From Octopus bimaculoides (Eukaryota), in the NCBI RefSeq assembly GCF_001194135.2, contig NC_068995.1, forward strand, positions 41,082,208-41,139,105: DNA of 56,898 nt, given 5' to 3'. Made by a program: the position numbers and the translations under genes. The notes beneath the pieces are model-generated. The model ran no database searches. It worked only from the letters and a program-made list of their open reading frames with translations, and was not told the DNA's origin. Shown piece by piece: positions 25,263-37,144 of the stretch (its first letter is position 1; each line of letters opens with the position of its first letter).

Positions 25263-25944
25263 TGTTAATTACGATGAAGATTTCCTCAAGTTGTTTGTAA
25301 GGCGAAAAGTTTATATGGGAATGGTAAATTAACATTGAATGGAACGAAATACTTTTCTGGAAGAATTGTCCCTTTTGGTTTGAGAAATTAGAGCGAAATA
25401 TTTTCGGCTGAGGAACGAAACTCAGTTGTGAGTTAGAGATTGCCAAAAAAAAAACAAAAAACAAACTTCGTCCCGCATTCACTGATAATACATATAGAAT
25501 TACGTAACGACTTCGTATGTGTGTGTGTAATTGTGATTGTGTGTGTGTAATTGTGATTGTGTGTGTGTTAATGTGTGTGATAATGTGTGTGTGTTTGTGT
25601 TTTGGTATGGGTGTACAAAACGAAAGTACCCGTTTGACACACCCTGCCCTCACAAACGTGTAACCTTGGGCCAAATTTTTTTCAAAAAATGATCTGAAGA
25701 AGAAATAGGAAGTTATGTCATTCTTTGGCACCTTCTTTCATTGTAGCTGGGAACATTCGGTTCGTCAGATACGAATCCACGCAATTTACTGCTGTTTGCT
25801 AGTCGTCGTCGTTGTTGTTGTTGTTGTTGATAGTGTTGTTATTTTGAATGGTGTTCCAAGCTGTGTTGTGACTATTTTCTAAATAGTCGTCTTTATGTAT
25901 GTATGTATGTATGTATGTATGTATGTATGTATGTATGTATGTAT

Positions 25945-26130
25945 GTTATTTCTTTACTGCCCACAAGGGGCTACACACAGAGGGGACAAACAAGGACAGA
26001 CAAACNNNNNNNNNNGCTACACACAGAGGGGACAAACAAGGACAGACAAACGGATTAAGTCGATTACATCGACCCCAGTGCGTAACTGGTACTTATTTAA
26101 TCGACCCCCGAAAGGATGAAAGGCAAAGTC
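25945..26130 (-). mobile_element. SINE C variant (tail TGTGTAGCCCCTTGTGGGCAGTAAAGAAATA), 5'-truncated
   Basis: Matches 33605-33770; 36-bp duplication across the 10-N gap. Confidence 0.8.
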
Positions 26131-26868
26131 GTATGTATGTATGTATGTATTTATGTATGTATATGTGTATGTGTGTATGTATGTATGTATGTTTATGTAA
26201 ACATGCATTTATATGTATACATATATATAGTTATGTATATATTGCACACATACATATGTATATGTAATATATAATGTATGAATATATACGTATATGTAAT
26301 ATATAAATGTAAACATGTGTCTAGGTGTGTGTGTGTGTATATATGTATCAATTTCTATCTATCTCTTTATGTATGTATGTATGTATGTATATACATATGT
26401 ACATGCACATGTGGAATATGTTTTAATCACACAACACTCACAGTCCATATTATTAATATCAATATGTTACCAGTACATTATATGTAGTTATATACGTATT
26501 ATGTATGTACGAATGTGCACATGCAATTGCGCGCGTGCGTATGTGTGTATGTGTGCATGTGTATATATATATATGCATACATACCCACACATATATACGT
26601 AAGTCTACATAATACGCATGCATGCATATGCATGCGTACATGTATACGCATATGTGTATCTATATGAATTGCACATGTATGTGCCCACACACATGCAAAC
26701 GCTCACACACACATACACCCCGCCACAACACACTTCCAAAGCCATGCTGTTGAACTGTAGTTTGTTGACAAATTTCCTTAACAACTGGAAGCAGCCTGTA
26801 TGTGGTTATTCCACCGTCTAGAAACAATAGTCACATCTCCCTCAAGCATAGCTAGAGTGTGTGTTACC

Positions 26869-26993
26869 CAGGGCGGCCCTTCCGTTTGCCGCCCCCGGAC
26901 CCCACAAAAAATCACATATTGCCTACAGCAGACCCAAAAGTGGTGCCCCTTTAAAAGTAACCCTACCCCAAGTGCTCTGAAATCCTACCGCTG
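26869..26993. mobile_element. Possible degenerate hAT-like MITE
   Basis: CAGGGCGGCCCTT left end; weak right end AAATCCTACCGCTG. Confidence 0.25.
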
Positions 26994-27104
26994 TGTCTTA
27001 TAGTATGAGTGAAATTCTATAAACACCAAAAAAAGACAGGATGGTCACGACTGGAATGTGTTTGACTCTGGGTCTGCTCGATCAGGATTAACATGTGGTT
27101 AAAC

Positions 27105-27470
27105 CAGGGGTTTTCAAACTGTTGTCCGCGGACCACAGGGGGTACGCAAGGACAAGACAGGGGGTCCGTGGACTGCAAATACTTTTTATAGGCAATTTGA
27201 TTTTATATATGTTTTTTAATCGAAATCTTTTAATTGACAATAAACCTATTTGTTAAATACTGTTAAGTAAATAAATGTAANNNNNNNNNNGAAATCTTTT
27301 AATTGACAATAAACCTATTTGTTAAATACTGTTAAGTAAATAAATGTAAAAATATATGTTATTTTAAGCAAATATTTATGTGTAAATTTCATAAGTATTT
27401 ATAAGGGGGTCCCTAAGGTAAAGCCTGGAATATAAAGGGGTCCGCAAGTCAAAAAGTTTGAAAACCCCTG
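27105..27470. mobile_element. hAT/Charlie-type MITE with perfect 8-bp TSD
   Basis: TIR CAGGGGTTTTCAAACT / AGTTTGAAAACCCCTG; TSD GGTTAAAC at 27097-27104 and 27471-27478 (central TA typical of Charlie). True length about 297 bp after removing the gap duplication. Confidence 0.92.
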
Positions 27471-27782
27471 GGTTAAACAACTCGTGAAGTTACCAGATCT
27501 GCGTGCGTGTGTATGCGTGAGTATGTGTGTTTGTGTCAATGTGTATGTGTGAGTGGGTGTGCCTTTGTGTATGAGTGAATGTGTGTAGGTGTGTTTGTCA
27601 TTAGGGGACTGTTAATTAACGAACCCTATCATGCTGGCTGGGTGGGAGACAAGGTTGATGATACTAGTGATCACTCTGGTCTTGATCTCAAGAACCTCAA
27701 CATTAATCGACCATTTTTACTGGATTTTGTAAACAGACAGACACACAGACGGATTTATACTAACAGGTTTACAGATACCTAC

Positions 27783-27836
<54 letters not shown>

Positions 27837-28350
27837 GTGTTTGTATAAATGTTTGGTGAATATGTGTTTGTTCATGCGTATATATAAACACACACGTATA
27901 TGTGGATAGATAGATAGATAGATATATAAGTAGGTAGGTAGGTAGGTAGGTAGGTAGGTAGGTAGATAGACAGACAGGTAGGTAGGTAGGTAGATAGATA
28001 GATAGACAGATAGATAGATAGATTGATTGAATGATTGATTGATTGATTGATTGATTGATAGATAGATAGATAGATCGATCGGTAAACAAATGGGTAGATT
28101 AGAAAGATGGATAATTAAAGTAAAGAGGCAGGTACATTGACAGGTGGATAGGTATATAGAAAGATACACAGACAGACAGGCAAACAGGCAGGTAGACAGA
28201 CAGACAAATAAACAGATAACGTACAACAGAAACACTTTAGATTGACATATTTACTAACAGGTAGGTAAATAGCTATATGAATGTAGATTATTGTTAACAC
28301 ATGTATACAGATATTGTATAGTAATATTCTGTGTGTGTGTGTGTGTGTTT

Positions 28351-28585
28351 GAAGGTGGCGAGCTGACAGACTCGTTAAGCACGCCGGGCAAAATGCTTAG
28401 CGGCATTTCGTCTGGTTTTACATTTATTTCTGAGTTCAAATATTGCCGAGATCGACTTCGCCTTTCATCTTGTTAGGATCGATAAAATAAGTACCAGTTG
28501 AACATTGTTGCCGATGTAATCGACTCATCCCCTTCCCCCCCCCCACTCCCGAAATTGCTGCTTTCGTGCCAAAATTTGAAATCAA
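28351..28585 (+). mobile_element. SINE C copy flanked by direct repeat AATATTCTGTGTGTG
   Basis: Head GAAGGTGGCGAGCTGACAG, central domain and tail GTGCCAAAATTTGAAATC; repeat at about 28323 and 28584. Confidence 0.85.
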
Positions 28586-28587
28586 TA

Positions 28588-28622
<35 letters not shown>

Positions 28623-28998
28623 TGTATATATATTTATATACACACATACACACACACACACAGTATCTTATGTCGTACGTATATTGAAAGCAGCATACAA
28701 TATATCGTTATATATAATATGTTGCATAATGATTATATAGCAAAGCTAAATAAATGGCTATTGTGAAGAAACTATTGACGTTTAGCGTCGGCATGTAGTA
28801 AAAACTAAGGCGTTGAGCGTCGGTAAATCGTAAAACAAACGTTGGAATAACTTTTATGGCATGTGACTTAAGAGAAAAATGTGACATTTAGGGCAGAAGT
28901 TTTCTCGGTCAGCAATGAAATAAATGTCAAACAGGTGTTGAAGAATCGATGTACATATAAGAGATCGAATCCCAGTGGATTCACACCCGTTGGTATTT

Positions 28999-29103
28999 CA
29001 TCTTCCTCTGTTTCTTCTTCTTCTTCTTCTTCTTCTTCTTCTTCTTCTTCTTTTTCTTCTTCTTTTTCTTCTTCTTCTTCTTCCTCCCCCTCCTCCTCCT
29101 CCG
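28999..29103. repeat. (TTC)n/(TCC)n microsatellite
   Basis: Direct reading. Confidence 0.95.
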
Positions 29104-29593
29104 CTTCACACCTCTCTCTTTTCTACCTCCCAGATTACACTTATTTCACACTCACGTGTCTGCCTCACAACAATACATACACACTTCACTGTTAAGTAAA
29201 TATATTTATGAAAGGTTTGGCGGTTACATACATACAAGATTTGAAATACTGTTGTGTTGTGATAAAATAGTGTGTGTGTGTGTGTGTGTGTGTGTTTGTG
29301 CACATGTATGAATAAGTCGTATGAATAAGTGTTTTTGCTTTTACATATGATTTGGCAGTGCTTATGTGTGTGTGTGTGTGTGTGTGTGTGTAAACACTTC
29401 CCATAGATGATATAACAGCATGTAGCTCCCCCTCACATGCTTAAGGTCGAACTTAGACCGGAAACGTCGAAAGAGGAGCTAAGACATGTTAATTAATTAA
29501 TTAATCCTTATAGCTTCCGCTATGTGTGTTGAGTGTTAATTAGTTCCATTTGTTTACCTGCCTATTGTGTATATGCTTGTCTGTACGGATGCA

Positions 29594-29633
<40 letters not shown>

Positions 29634-29711
29634 TGCAGCGTGGAAGGTGTTTAAAAGTCATTTAAAATAACACACAAAGAACGTTAGATTCACTTCAACA
29701 TTTAAATTTGA

Positions 29712-29762
29712 TTTGTCAAAATATTTTCGTCGCTTTGAGACCGCGACCTGTTCACTGACAAA
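29712..29762 (-). ncRNA. Candidate minimal type-I hammerhead ribozyme (G3:C8 core variant), probably Penelope-like element terminal repeat
   Basis: Minus: UUUGUCA GUGAACA G GUCGC GGUCUCAAA GCGAC GAA AAUAUU U UGACAAA = 7-bp stem I, core, 5-bp stem II, GAAA, palindromic stem III. Confidence 0.6.
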
Positions 29763-30170
29763 ATTCTGTGCTGCATATATGTATANNNNNNNNNNNNNNN
29801 NNNNNNNNNNNNNNNNNNNNNNNNNNNNNNNNNNNNNNNNNNNNNNNNNNNNNNNNNNNNNNNNNNNNNNNNNNNNNNNNNNNNNNNNNNNNNNNNNNNN
29901 NNNNNNNNNNNNNNNNNNNNNNNNNNNNNNNNNNNNNNNNNNNNNNNNNNNNNNNNNNNNNNNNNNNNNNNNNNNNNNNNNNNNNNNNNNNNNNNNNNNN
30001 NNNNNNNNNNNNNNNNNNNNNNNNNNNNNNNNNNNNNNNNNNNNNNNNNNNNNNNNNNNNNNNNNNNNNNNNNNNNNNNNNNNNNNNNNNNNNNNNNNNN
30101 NNNNNNNNNNNNNNNNNNNNNNNNNNNNNNNNNNNNNNNNNNNNNNNNNNNNNNNNNNNNNNNNNNNNNA

Positions 30171-30333
30171 TGACGGGCTTCTTTCAGTTTCTGTCTACCA
30201 AATCCGCTCACAAAGCTTTGGTCGGCCCGAGGCTATAGTAGAAGACACCTGCCTAAGATGCCACGCAGTGGGACTGAACCCAGAACCATGTGGTTGGTAA
30301 GCAAGCTACTTACCACACAGCCACTCCTTCGCC
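30171..30333 (-). mobile_element. SINE A 5' domain
   Basis: Near-perfect match to A consensus including A and B boxes. Confidence 0.9.
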
Positions 30334-30395
30334 TATGTATGTATGTATGTATGTATGTATGTATGTATGTATGTATGTATGTGTGTGTATGTATG

Positions 30396-30807
30396 CAGGG
30401 CTGGCGCTAGGAAGTGCGGGGCCCTCAACTCTACAAAAACTTAGATTGATCATTTATACGTCGCAGGGGCGGACCCAAGAGTGGCGGGCCCGAGGGGTAC
30501 GTGCTTCCCTCAAGAAAAGAAGTGTGTCCTTCTAAATAATGTTATTACACCCTTTTCTCCTGGAATTGCATTTCCTTCTGACCTTGTGCCCTCCCCTCGA
30601 CAACTTCCTGGGACTGGCCCTTCTTCGTGTAGTCTACCAGCCCCAGCCACCCCCTCTCAAAGCGTTGAGGGCTTGAACTTCCACCATTAACTACAATGAT
30701 ATGCTAAAAATTCATCATTGCGTTCTCCGCTCGAGCGTTGTACACGGAGCTCTCTCTTGGCGCAGGGCCAAATTTGAACAAATCTAACATCCTGAAAACC
30801 GGTTCCG
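30396..30807. mobile_element. Degenerate hAT-like (CAGGGC-terminal) MITE in a (TATG)n tract
   Basis: Left CAGGGCTGGCGCTAGG, right reverse complement CGGAACCGGTTTTCAGG; GC-rich interior. Confidence 0.35.
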
Positions 30808-30896
30808 TGTATGTATGTAATTATGTATGTATGTATGTATGTATGTATGTATGTATGTATGTATGTATGTATGTACGTGTGTGTGTGTGTGTCCTT

Positions 30897-31293
30897 GGTA
30901 TGACTTCAACTGCATCAGGTACTGGAGTCCTGAATCGGGAGTTCCAAGTTTTCTGTTTAGGGTTGTGGACTCCCCTGCCCACACAAACTTTAACCGCTAT
31001 TGTTCCTTTCTCTACTCTGACCCAGAGTAGTAGCACCTGCCAGGTTCCCTGCTATACGTTAATTAACATATTAAGGCATATCTCTCAATGCATGTGAAGA
31101 CTGGACCCGGTAGTGATGGGGTGGGGTGGGAGTACTCTGCGACTCGGCGGAAGAAACCGTCATGACTTGCATTGAGGGGAAAGCGACTGCAGTAACGCGA
31201 TAGTGGTTAAGGGGTGGTTCCACAGCCCTAAAAAAGAAAACTTGGAACACCCGATTCAGGGGCCCCAGTACAGGATGCGGTTGAAGTCATACC
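30897..31293. mobile_element. Inverted-repeat element with about 105-bp arms
   Basis: GGTATGACTTCAACTGCATCAGGTACTGGAGTCCTGAATCGGGAGTTCCAAGTTTTCT versus reverse complement of right arm GGTATGACTTCAACCGCATCCTGTACTGGGGCCCCTGAATCGGGTGTTCCAAGTTTTCT. Confidence 0.8.
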
Positions 31294-31329
31294 CAGAACA
31301 CACACACACACACACATACATACATTCAT

Positions 31330-31965
31330 ACATGATGGTTGCCCCTAGTTATCGAATATGGCCATTGTACGAAGCTTAACTTTATGGTGCTGTGATCGAA
31401 TGTGACTTTTTAGCCCAGCCAAAGATCTACAATGTCTTGCACAGAGTTGGCATCCAAAACCTTTACTGGCAATAGCTGGCTGTTGTTGTAATTGGGCTCC
31501 ATGTACCTTTGCGTGTCGTTTAAGTCCTCCTGCTGAATCACACTCCCTTCTACGTGCCCGANNNNNNNNNNCTTTGCGTGTCGTTTAAGTCCTCCTGCTG
31601 AATCACACTCCCTTCTACGTGCCCGACAGACATGATTAGTATGGTGTGTAGCATCATCACCAACGGCCTGGTAGTCAACCATCGGTCTTGCTTTATGACT
31701 ACGAAGATAACTCATGAGTCCAGCTTTACTGAGGCACGGTCTTGCACAATACATACATTTAAAGAATGATGAACAAAACGAGTGCAGAGAGAAAGATGAA
31801 GAGGAAGACGTGGCAGATAAGACATCTCGGTCGTCCACTTCATTTCGGTTCTCCATTCCAGGTCATGTTGACCTGGTCTTACCAAGGGATTGAAGATGGT
31901 CGCGGATGAGAGAATGTGGTTGACGGTGCGTAACTCCTGTTCAGCGCATAAGTTATTAGTCATAC
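31330..31965 (-). mobile_element. RTE-type LINE 3' end encoding three C2H2 zinc fingers
   Basis: After collapsing a 55-bp gap duplication: FKCMYCARPCLSKAGLMSYLRSH, HVCRARRRECDSAGGLKRHAKVH, FGCQLCARHCRSLAGLKSHIRSQH, ending MAIFDN*GQP; upstream RST* resembles RTE DRSTW. Confidence 0.7.
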
Positions 31966-32022
31966 CTGATGATGATTAGATGCTCCTCGTCTCACCGACG
32001 GACAAACGTGTGTGTGTGTGTA

Positions 32023-32057
<35 letters not shown>

Positions 32058-32184
32058 CTGTATTTATTTATGTATGTATTTATATATGAATGTGTTTATA
32101 CATGTATGGATATGTGTGTGTATACATATAGGTATGTATACATGCATCTTCTCCCCCCCCTCTCTCTCTCTCTCTCTCTCTTAT

Positions 32185-32675
32185 ATCGTTCTACTTGCTT
32201 TAGGCGTCAGACTACGGCCATGCCGGGGCACAGCCTTGATGAATTTTTAGTTGATTGAATCGACCCCTATACTTATCTTTTTTGTGAAATTTAGTACTTA
32301 TTCTATTGATCTCTTTTACGAACCGCTAAGTTAAGGGAAGTTAAACACACCAACACCGGGTTGTCAAGCAGTGATAGGGGACAAACACAAAGACACACAC
32401 ACACACACACACATAGATGTACGACAAGCGTCTTTCGGTTTTCGTCAACCAAATCCACCAATAAGACTTTGGTTGAGGCTATAGTAGAAGATACTTGCCC
32501 AAGGAACACGTAGTGGAATTGAACCCGGAACCATGTGGTTGAGAAGCAAATTTCGTACCACTCAGCCACGCCTGTGCCTATTGGTACCTTGGGCAAGTGT
32601 CTAATACTGTAGGCTCGGGCCGACCAAAGCTTTGTGAATGGATTTGGTAGACGGAAACTGAAAGAAGCCCGTCGT
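32185..32675. mobile_element. SINE A minus copy (32185-32578) followed by a plus-strand fragment (32585-32675)
   Basis: Match to A consensus. Confidence 0.8.
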
Positions 32676-33604
32676 ATAATATATATATATATATATATAN
32701 NNNNNNNNNNNNNNNNNNNNNNNNNNNNNNNNNNNNNNNNNNNNNNNNNNNNNNNNNNNNNNNNNNNNNNNNNNNNNNNNNNNNNNNNNNNNNNNNNNNN
32801 NNNNNNNNNNNNNNNNNNNNNNNNNNNNNNNNNNNNNNNNNNNNNNNNNNNNNNNNNNNNNNNNNNNNNNNNNNNNNNNNNNNNNNNNNNNNNNNNNNNN
32901 NNNNNNNNNNNNNNNNNNNNNNNNNNNNNNNNNNNNNNNNNNNNNNNNNNNNNNNNNNNNNNNNNNNNNNNNNNNNNNNNNNNNNNNNNNNNNNNNNNNN
33001 NNNNNNNNNNNNNNNNNNNNNNNNNNNNNNNNNNNNNNNNNNNNNNNNNNNNNNNNNNNNNNNNNNNNNNNNNNNNNNNNNNNNNNNNNNNNNNNNNNNN
33101 NNNNNNNNNNNNNNNNNNNNNNNNNNNNNNNNNNNNNNNNNNNNNNNNNNNNNNNNNNNNNNNNNNNNNNNNNNNNNNNNNNNNNNNNNNNNNNNNNNNN
33201 NNNNNNNNNNNNNNNNNNNNNNNNNNNNNNNNNNNNNNNNNNNNNNNNNNNNNNNNNNNNNNNNNNNNNNNNNNNNNNNNNNNNNNNNNNNNNNNNNNNN
33301 NNNNNNNNNNNNNNNNNNNNNNNNNNNNNNNNNNNNNNNNNNNNNNNNNNNNNNNNNNNNNNNNNNNNNNNNNNNNNNNNNNNNNNNNNNNNNNNNNNNN
33401 NNNNNNNNNNNNNNNNNNNNNNNNNNNNNNNNNNNGAGAGAGAGAGAGAGAGAGAGAGGGGGGAGGGAGAGATAAGGCAGTCAGCCAGTTTATAGGTGCA
33501 TAAGAGCTGATAAATAGTCCTGACAATAGTTTTTTTTCTAGCTGAATAGATGCCATGAGTGGTTAATCGTGTGGATAGGGGTGGGTGTGTATGTGAGTGT
33601 ATGT

Positions 33605-33770
33605 GTTATTTCTTTACTACCCACAAGGGGCTACACACAGAGGGGACAAACAAGGACAAACAAACAGATTAAGTCGATTATATCGACCCCAGTGCGTAAC
33701 TGGTGCTTATTTAATCGACCCCCGAAAGGATGAAAGGCAAAGTCGACCTCGGCGGAATTTGAACTCAGTG
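33605..33770 (-). mobile_element. SINE C variant
   Basis: Matches 25945-26130 and extends to the B box GAGTTCAAATTCCGCC. Confidence 0.85.
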
Positions 33771-33971
33771 TGTATGAGCGTGTGTGTATGAATATATTTG
33801 TGTCTGTGTGAACGTGTATGTGTATTGTGTATTAACAAGGATCTTCGGTTATATTTATTGTTTAAAAAAAAATTTGATTTTTTCTTCTCCTCTTCCCTTC
33901 TCTCTTATTCTCTTTCCTCTCTCTTTATTCTCTTTATTTCTATCTCTCTCTCTCTCTCTCTTTCTCTCTCT

Positions 33972-34432
33972 ATATATTCTTTTATTCTTTTATTTGTTTC
34001 AGTCACTTGACTGTGGCCAAACTGGAGCATCGCCTTTAGTCGAACATATCGACCCCAGAACTTATTCTTTGTAAGCCTAGTACTTATTCTATCGGTCTCT
34101 TTTTGCCGAGGTCGACTTTGCCTTTCATCCTTTTGGGGTCGATAAATTAAGTACCAGTTACGCACTGGGGTCGATATAATCGACTCAATTCCTATGTTTA
34201 GCCCCTTGTGGGCAATAAAGAAATAAGAAACGTTAGCACGCCGGGCAAAATGCTTAGCGGTAGTTCGTCTGTCTTTACGTTCTGAGTTCAAATTAGGCCG
34301 AGGTCGACTTTGTCTTTCATCCTTTCGAGGTCGATAAATAAAGTACTAGTTGCGTACTGGGGGTGATCTAATCGACTGGCCCCCACCCTCCCCCAAAATT
34401 TCGGGCCTTGTGGCTAGAGTAGAAAAGAATAA
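33972..34432. mobile_element. SINE A 3' fragment (minus) fused at GCCGA to a dimeric SINE C (plus)
   Basis: CTCTTTTGCCGA|GGTCGACTTTGCC junction; dimer junction identical to about 19440. Confidence 0.8.
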
Positions 34433-35100
34433 TATTATAAAAAAAATTATAAAAGTTATAAAATTATAAACAAAATAAAAAATTTATACACTTCTAGCNN
34501 NNNNNNNNNNNNNNNNNNNNNNNNNNNNNNNNNNNNNNNNNNNNNNNNNNNNNNNNNNNNNNNNNNNNNNNNNNNNNNNNNNNNNNNNNNNNNNNNNNNN
34601 NNNNNNNNNNNNNNNNNNNNNNNNNNNNNNNNNNNNNNNNNNNNNNNNNNNNNNNNNNNNNNNNNNNNNNNNNNNNNNNNNNNNNNNNNNNNNNNNNNNN
34701 NNNNNNNNNNNNNNNNNNNNNNNNNNNNNNNNNNNNNNNNNNNNNNNNNNNNNNNNNNNNNNNNNNNNNNNNNNNNNNNNNNNNNNNNNNNNNNNNNNNN
34801 NNNNNNNNNNNNNNNNNNNNNNNNNNNNNNNNNNNNNNNNNNNNNNNNNNNNNNNNNNNNNNNNNNNNNNNNNNNNNNNNNNNNNNNNNNNNNNNNNNNN
34901 NNNNNNNNNNNNNNNNNNNNNNNNNNNNNNNNNNNNNNNNNNNNNNNNNNNNNNNNNNNNNNNNNNNNNNNNNNNNNNNNNNNNNNNNNNNNNNNNNNNN
35001 NNNNNNNNNNNNNNNNNNNNNNNNNNNNNNNNNNNNNNNNNNNNNNNNNNNNNNNNNNNNNNNNNNNNNNNNNNNNNNNNNNNNNNNNNNNNNNNNNNNN

Positions 35101-35178
<78 letters not shown>

Positions 35179-35957
35179 ATATAATTGCATACATATACAT
35201 AAGTGTATGTATATAATGTTTATTCACACATGCACACGCACACACACACATAAATATATGCACATATACATACATTCATTCATTCATACATAATAATATA
35301 TATATATATATATATACAATACATACGTACATATTGCGTGGTCATGCGCGCGCACACACACGCACACATACACACATACACACACAGTGGCAGAATACCT
35401 GGCGGTGTTCAGGTTGATGCACTTTAATAGTCGAATTGTTTTTGACTATGTTTATAGAAACCCGATCTCTAAAGCCCCCTGCTACGGATACGCGCTCACT
35501 ATTTAGAGATTATTTGATAATCTGTGTAAATGACGTATTTCTTTTAATTTAAGAATATTCATTAAGAACGAGGATTAGTAACATTTACACTTCAAACATT
35601 TAAGGCATCATTATCAAAGAATACGGTTGAGTTTCTACCATCGGTTTCTCTAAAGAGGCCCAAGAGATCTTGGAAAAAAACCCAACAATGTAAGCGATAT
35701 CTCCACCATGAAAGGTGAAGGACTACGCAGCATGGTTGTGTGGTTAAGAAGTTCGTTTAGTAACCATGGGGTCTTGGGTTCGGTCTTCCCCTGATGTACT
35801 TTCATAGTTGTTAAACTGACGCCTAAGTGACGAAAGGTAAAATTTAAAAACCCGATGAAATTTGAACTCAGAACGTAGAGTGACAAAACTGAGTTGCTTA
35901 CCGTAAAAAACATTTTAGTGCTTTTACTTACAATTTCGGTCAACTCGTCACTCTTGA

Positions 35958-36322
35958 CTCCACAGCGAACTCGCGGTCATAGGATCGTAGTTTCGATTCC
36001 CAGACCGGGCGTTGTGAGTGTTTATTGAGCGAAAACACCTGAAGCTCCACGAGGCTCCGGCAGGAGATGGTGGCGAACCCTGCTGTACTCTTCCACCACT
36101 TTCTCTCACTCTTACTTCCTGTTTCTGTTGTGCCTGTAATTCAAAGAGTCAGCCTTGTAACACTGTGTCACGCTGAATCTCCCCCCAGGACTACATTAAG
36201 GGTTCACGTGTCTGTGGAGTGCTCAGCCACTTGCACGTTAATTTCACAAGCAGGCTGCTCCGTTGATCGGATCAACTGGAACCCTCGACGTCGTAAGCGA
36301 CGGAGTGCCAACAACAACAATA
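35958..36322 (+). mobile_element. SINE B, A box missing
   Basis: Matches the 2520 copy; (AAC)n tail. Confidence 0.85.
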
Positions 36323-36600
36323 TCATCCAGAGAGTCCTTCGTTATTTAAGAGGATAAGATAAGGTTTCAGCATTATTTGGCTGCTATTTCTAACATGGGT
36401 TCTCTGCACATAGGAAGAAGACCAGACGGTCACGTTTGTAATGCGTTTGGACATAGGTCTGCTGGACCAGGTCTGACCTGGCGTTAAACAACAACAACAA
36501 CAACCTTTAGTCCCTTACTCTGTCGCAGCCTTCCAGAACTGAACCAGTTTTCCCTCTGCAAACATTACACTGAATATCTGCCGCATTTAATGTCACCAGT

Positions 36601-36765
36601 GGCGCAGGAGTGGCTGTGTGGTAAGTAGCTTGCCTACCAACCACATGATTCTGGGTTCAGTCCCACTGCGTGGCACCTTGGGCAAGTGTCTTCTACTATA
36701 GCCTCGGGCCGACCAAAGCCTTGTGAGTGGATTTGGTAGACGGAAACTGAAAGAAGCCCGTCGTA

Positions 36766-36796
<31 letters not shown>

Positions 36797-36911
36797 NNNN
36801 NNNNNNNNNNNNNNNNNNNNNNNNNNNNNNNNNNNNNNNNNNNNNNNNNNNNNNNNNNNNNNNNNNNNNNNNNNNNNNNNNNNNNNNNNNNNNNNNNNNN
36901 NNNNNNNNNNN

Positions 36912-36944
<33 letters not shown>

Positions 36945-37144
36945 CTGTGTTTGTCCCCCCAACATCACTTGACAACTGATGCTGGTGTGTTTACGTCCCC
37001 GTAAATTAGCGGTTCGGCAAAAGAGACCGATAGAATAAGTACTAGGCTTACAAAGAATAAGTCCTGGGGTCGATTTTCTCGACTAAAGGCGGTGCTCCGG
37101 CATGGCCACAGTCAAATGACTGAAACAAGTAAAAGAGTAAAAGA
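36601..37144 (+). mobile_element. SINE A, full length (internal microsatellite contains a gap)
   Basis: Head GGCGCAGGAGTGGCTGTGTGGTAAG; tail GTAAAAGAGTAAAAGA. Confidence 0.92.

Noticed and set aside
36601-36680. Functional tRNA genes at the SINE heads
   Set aside because: A and B boxes are present, but there is no complete cloverleaf or acceptor stem and each runs into a SINE body.
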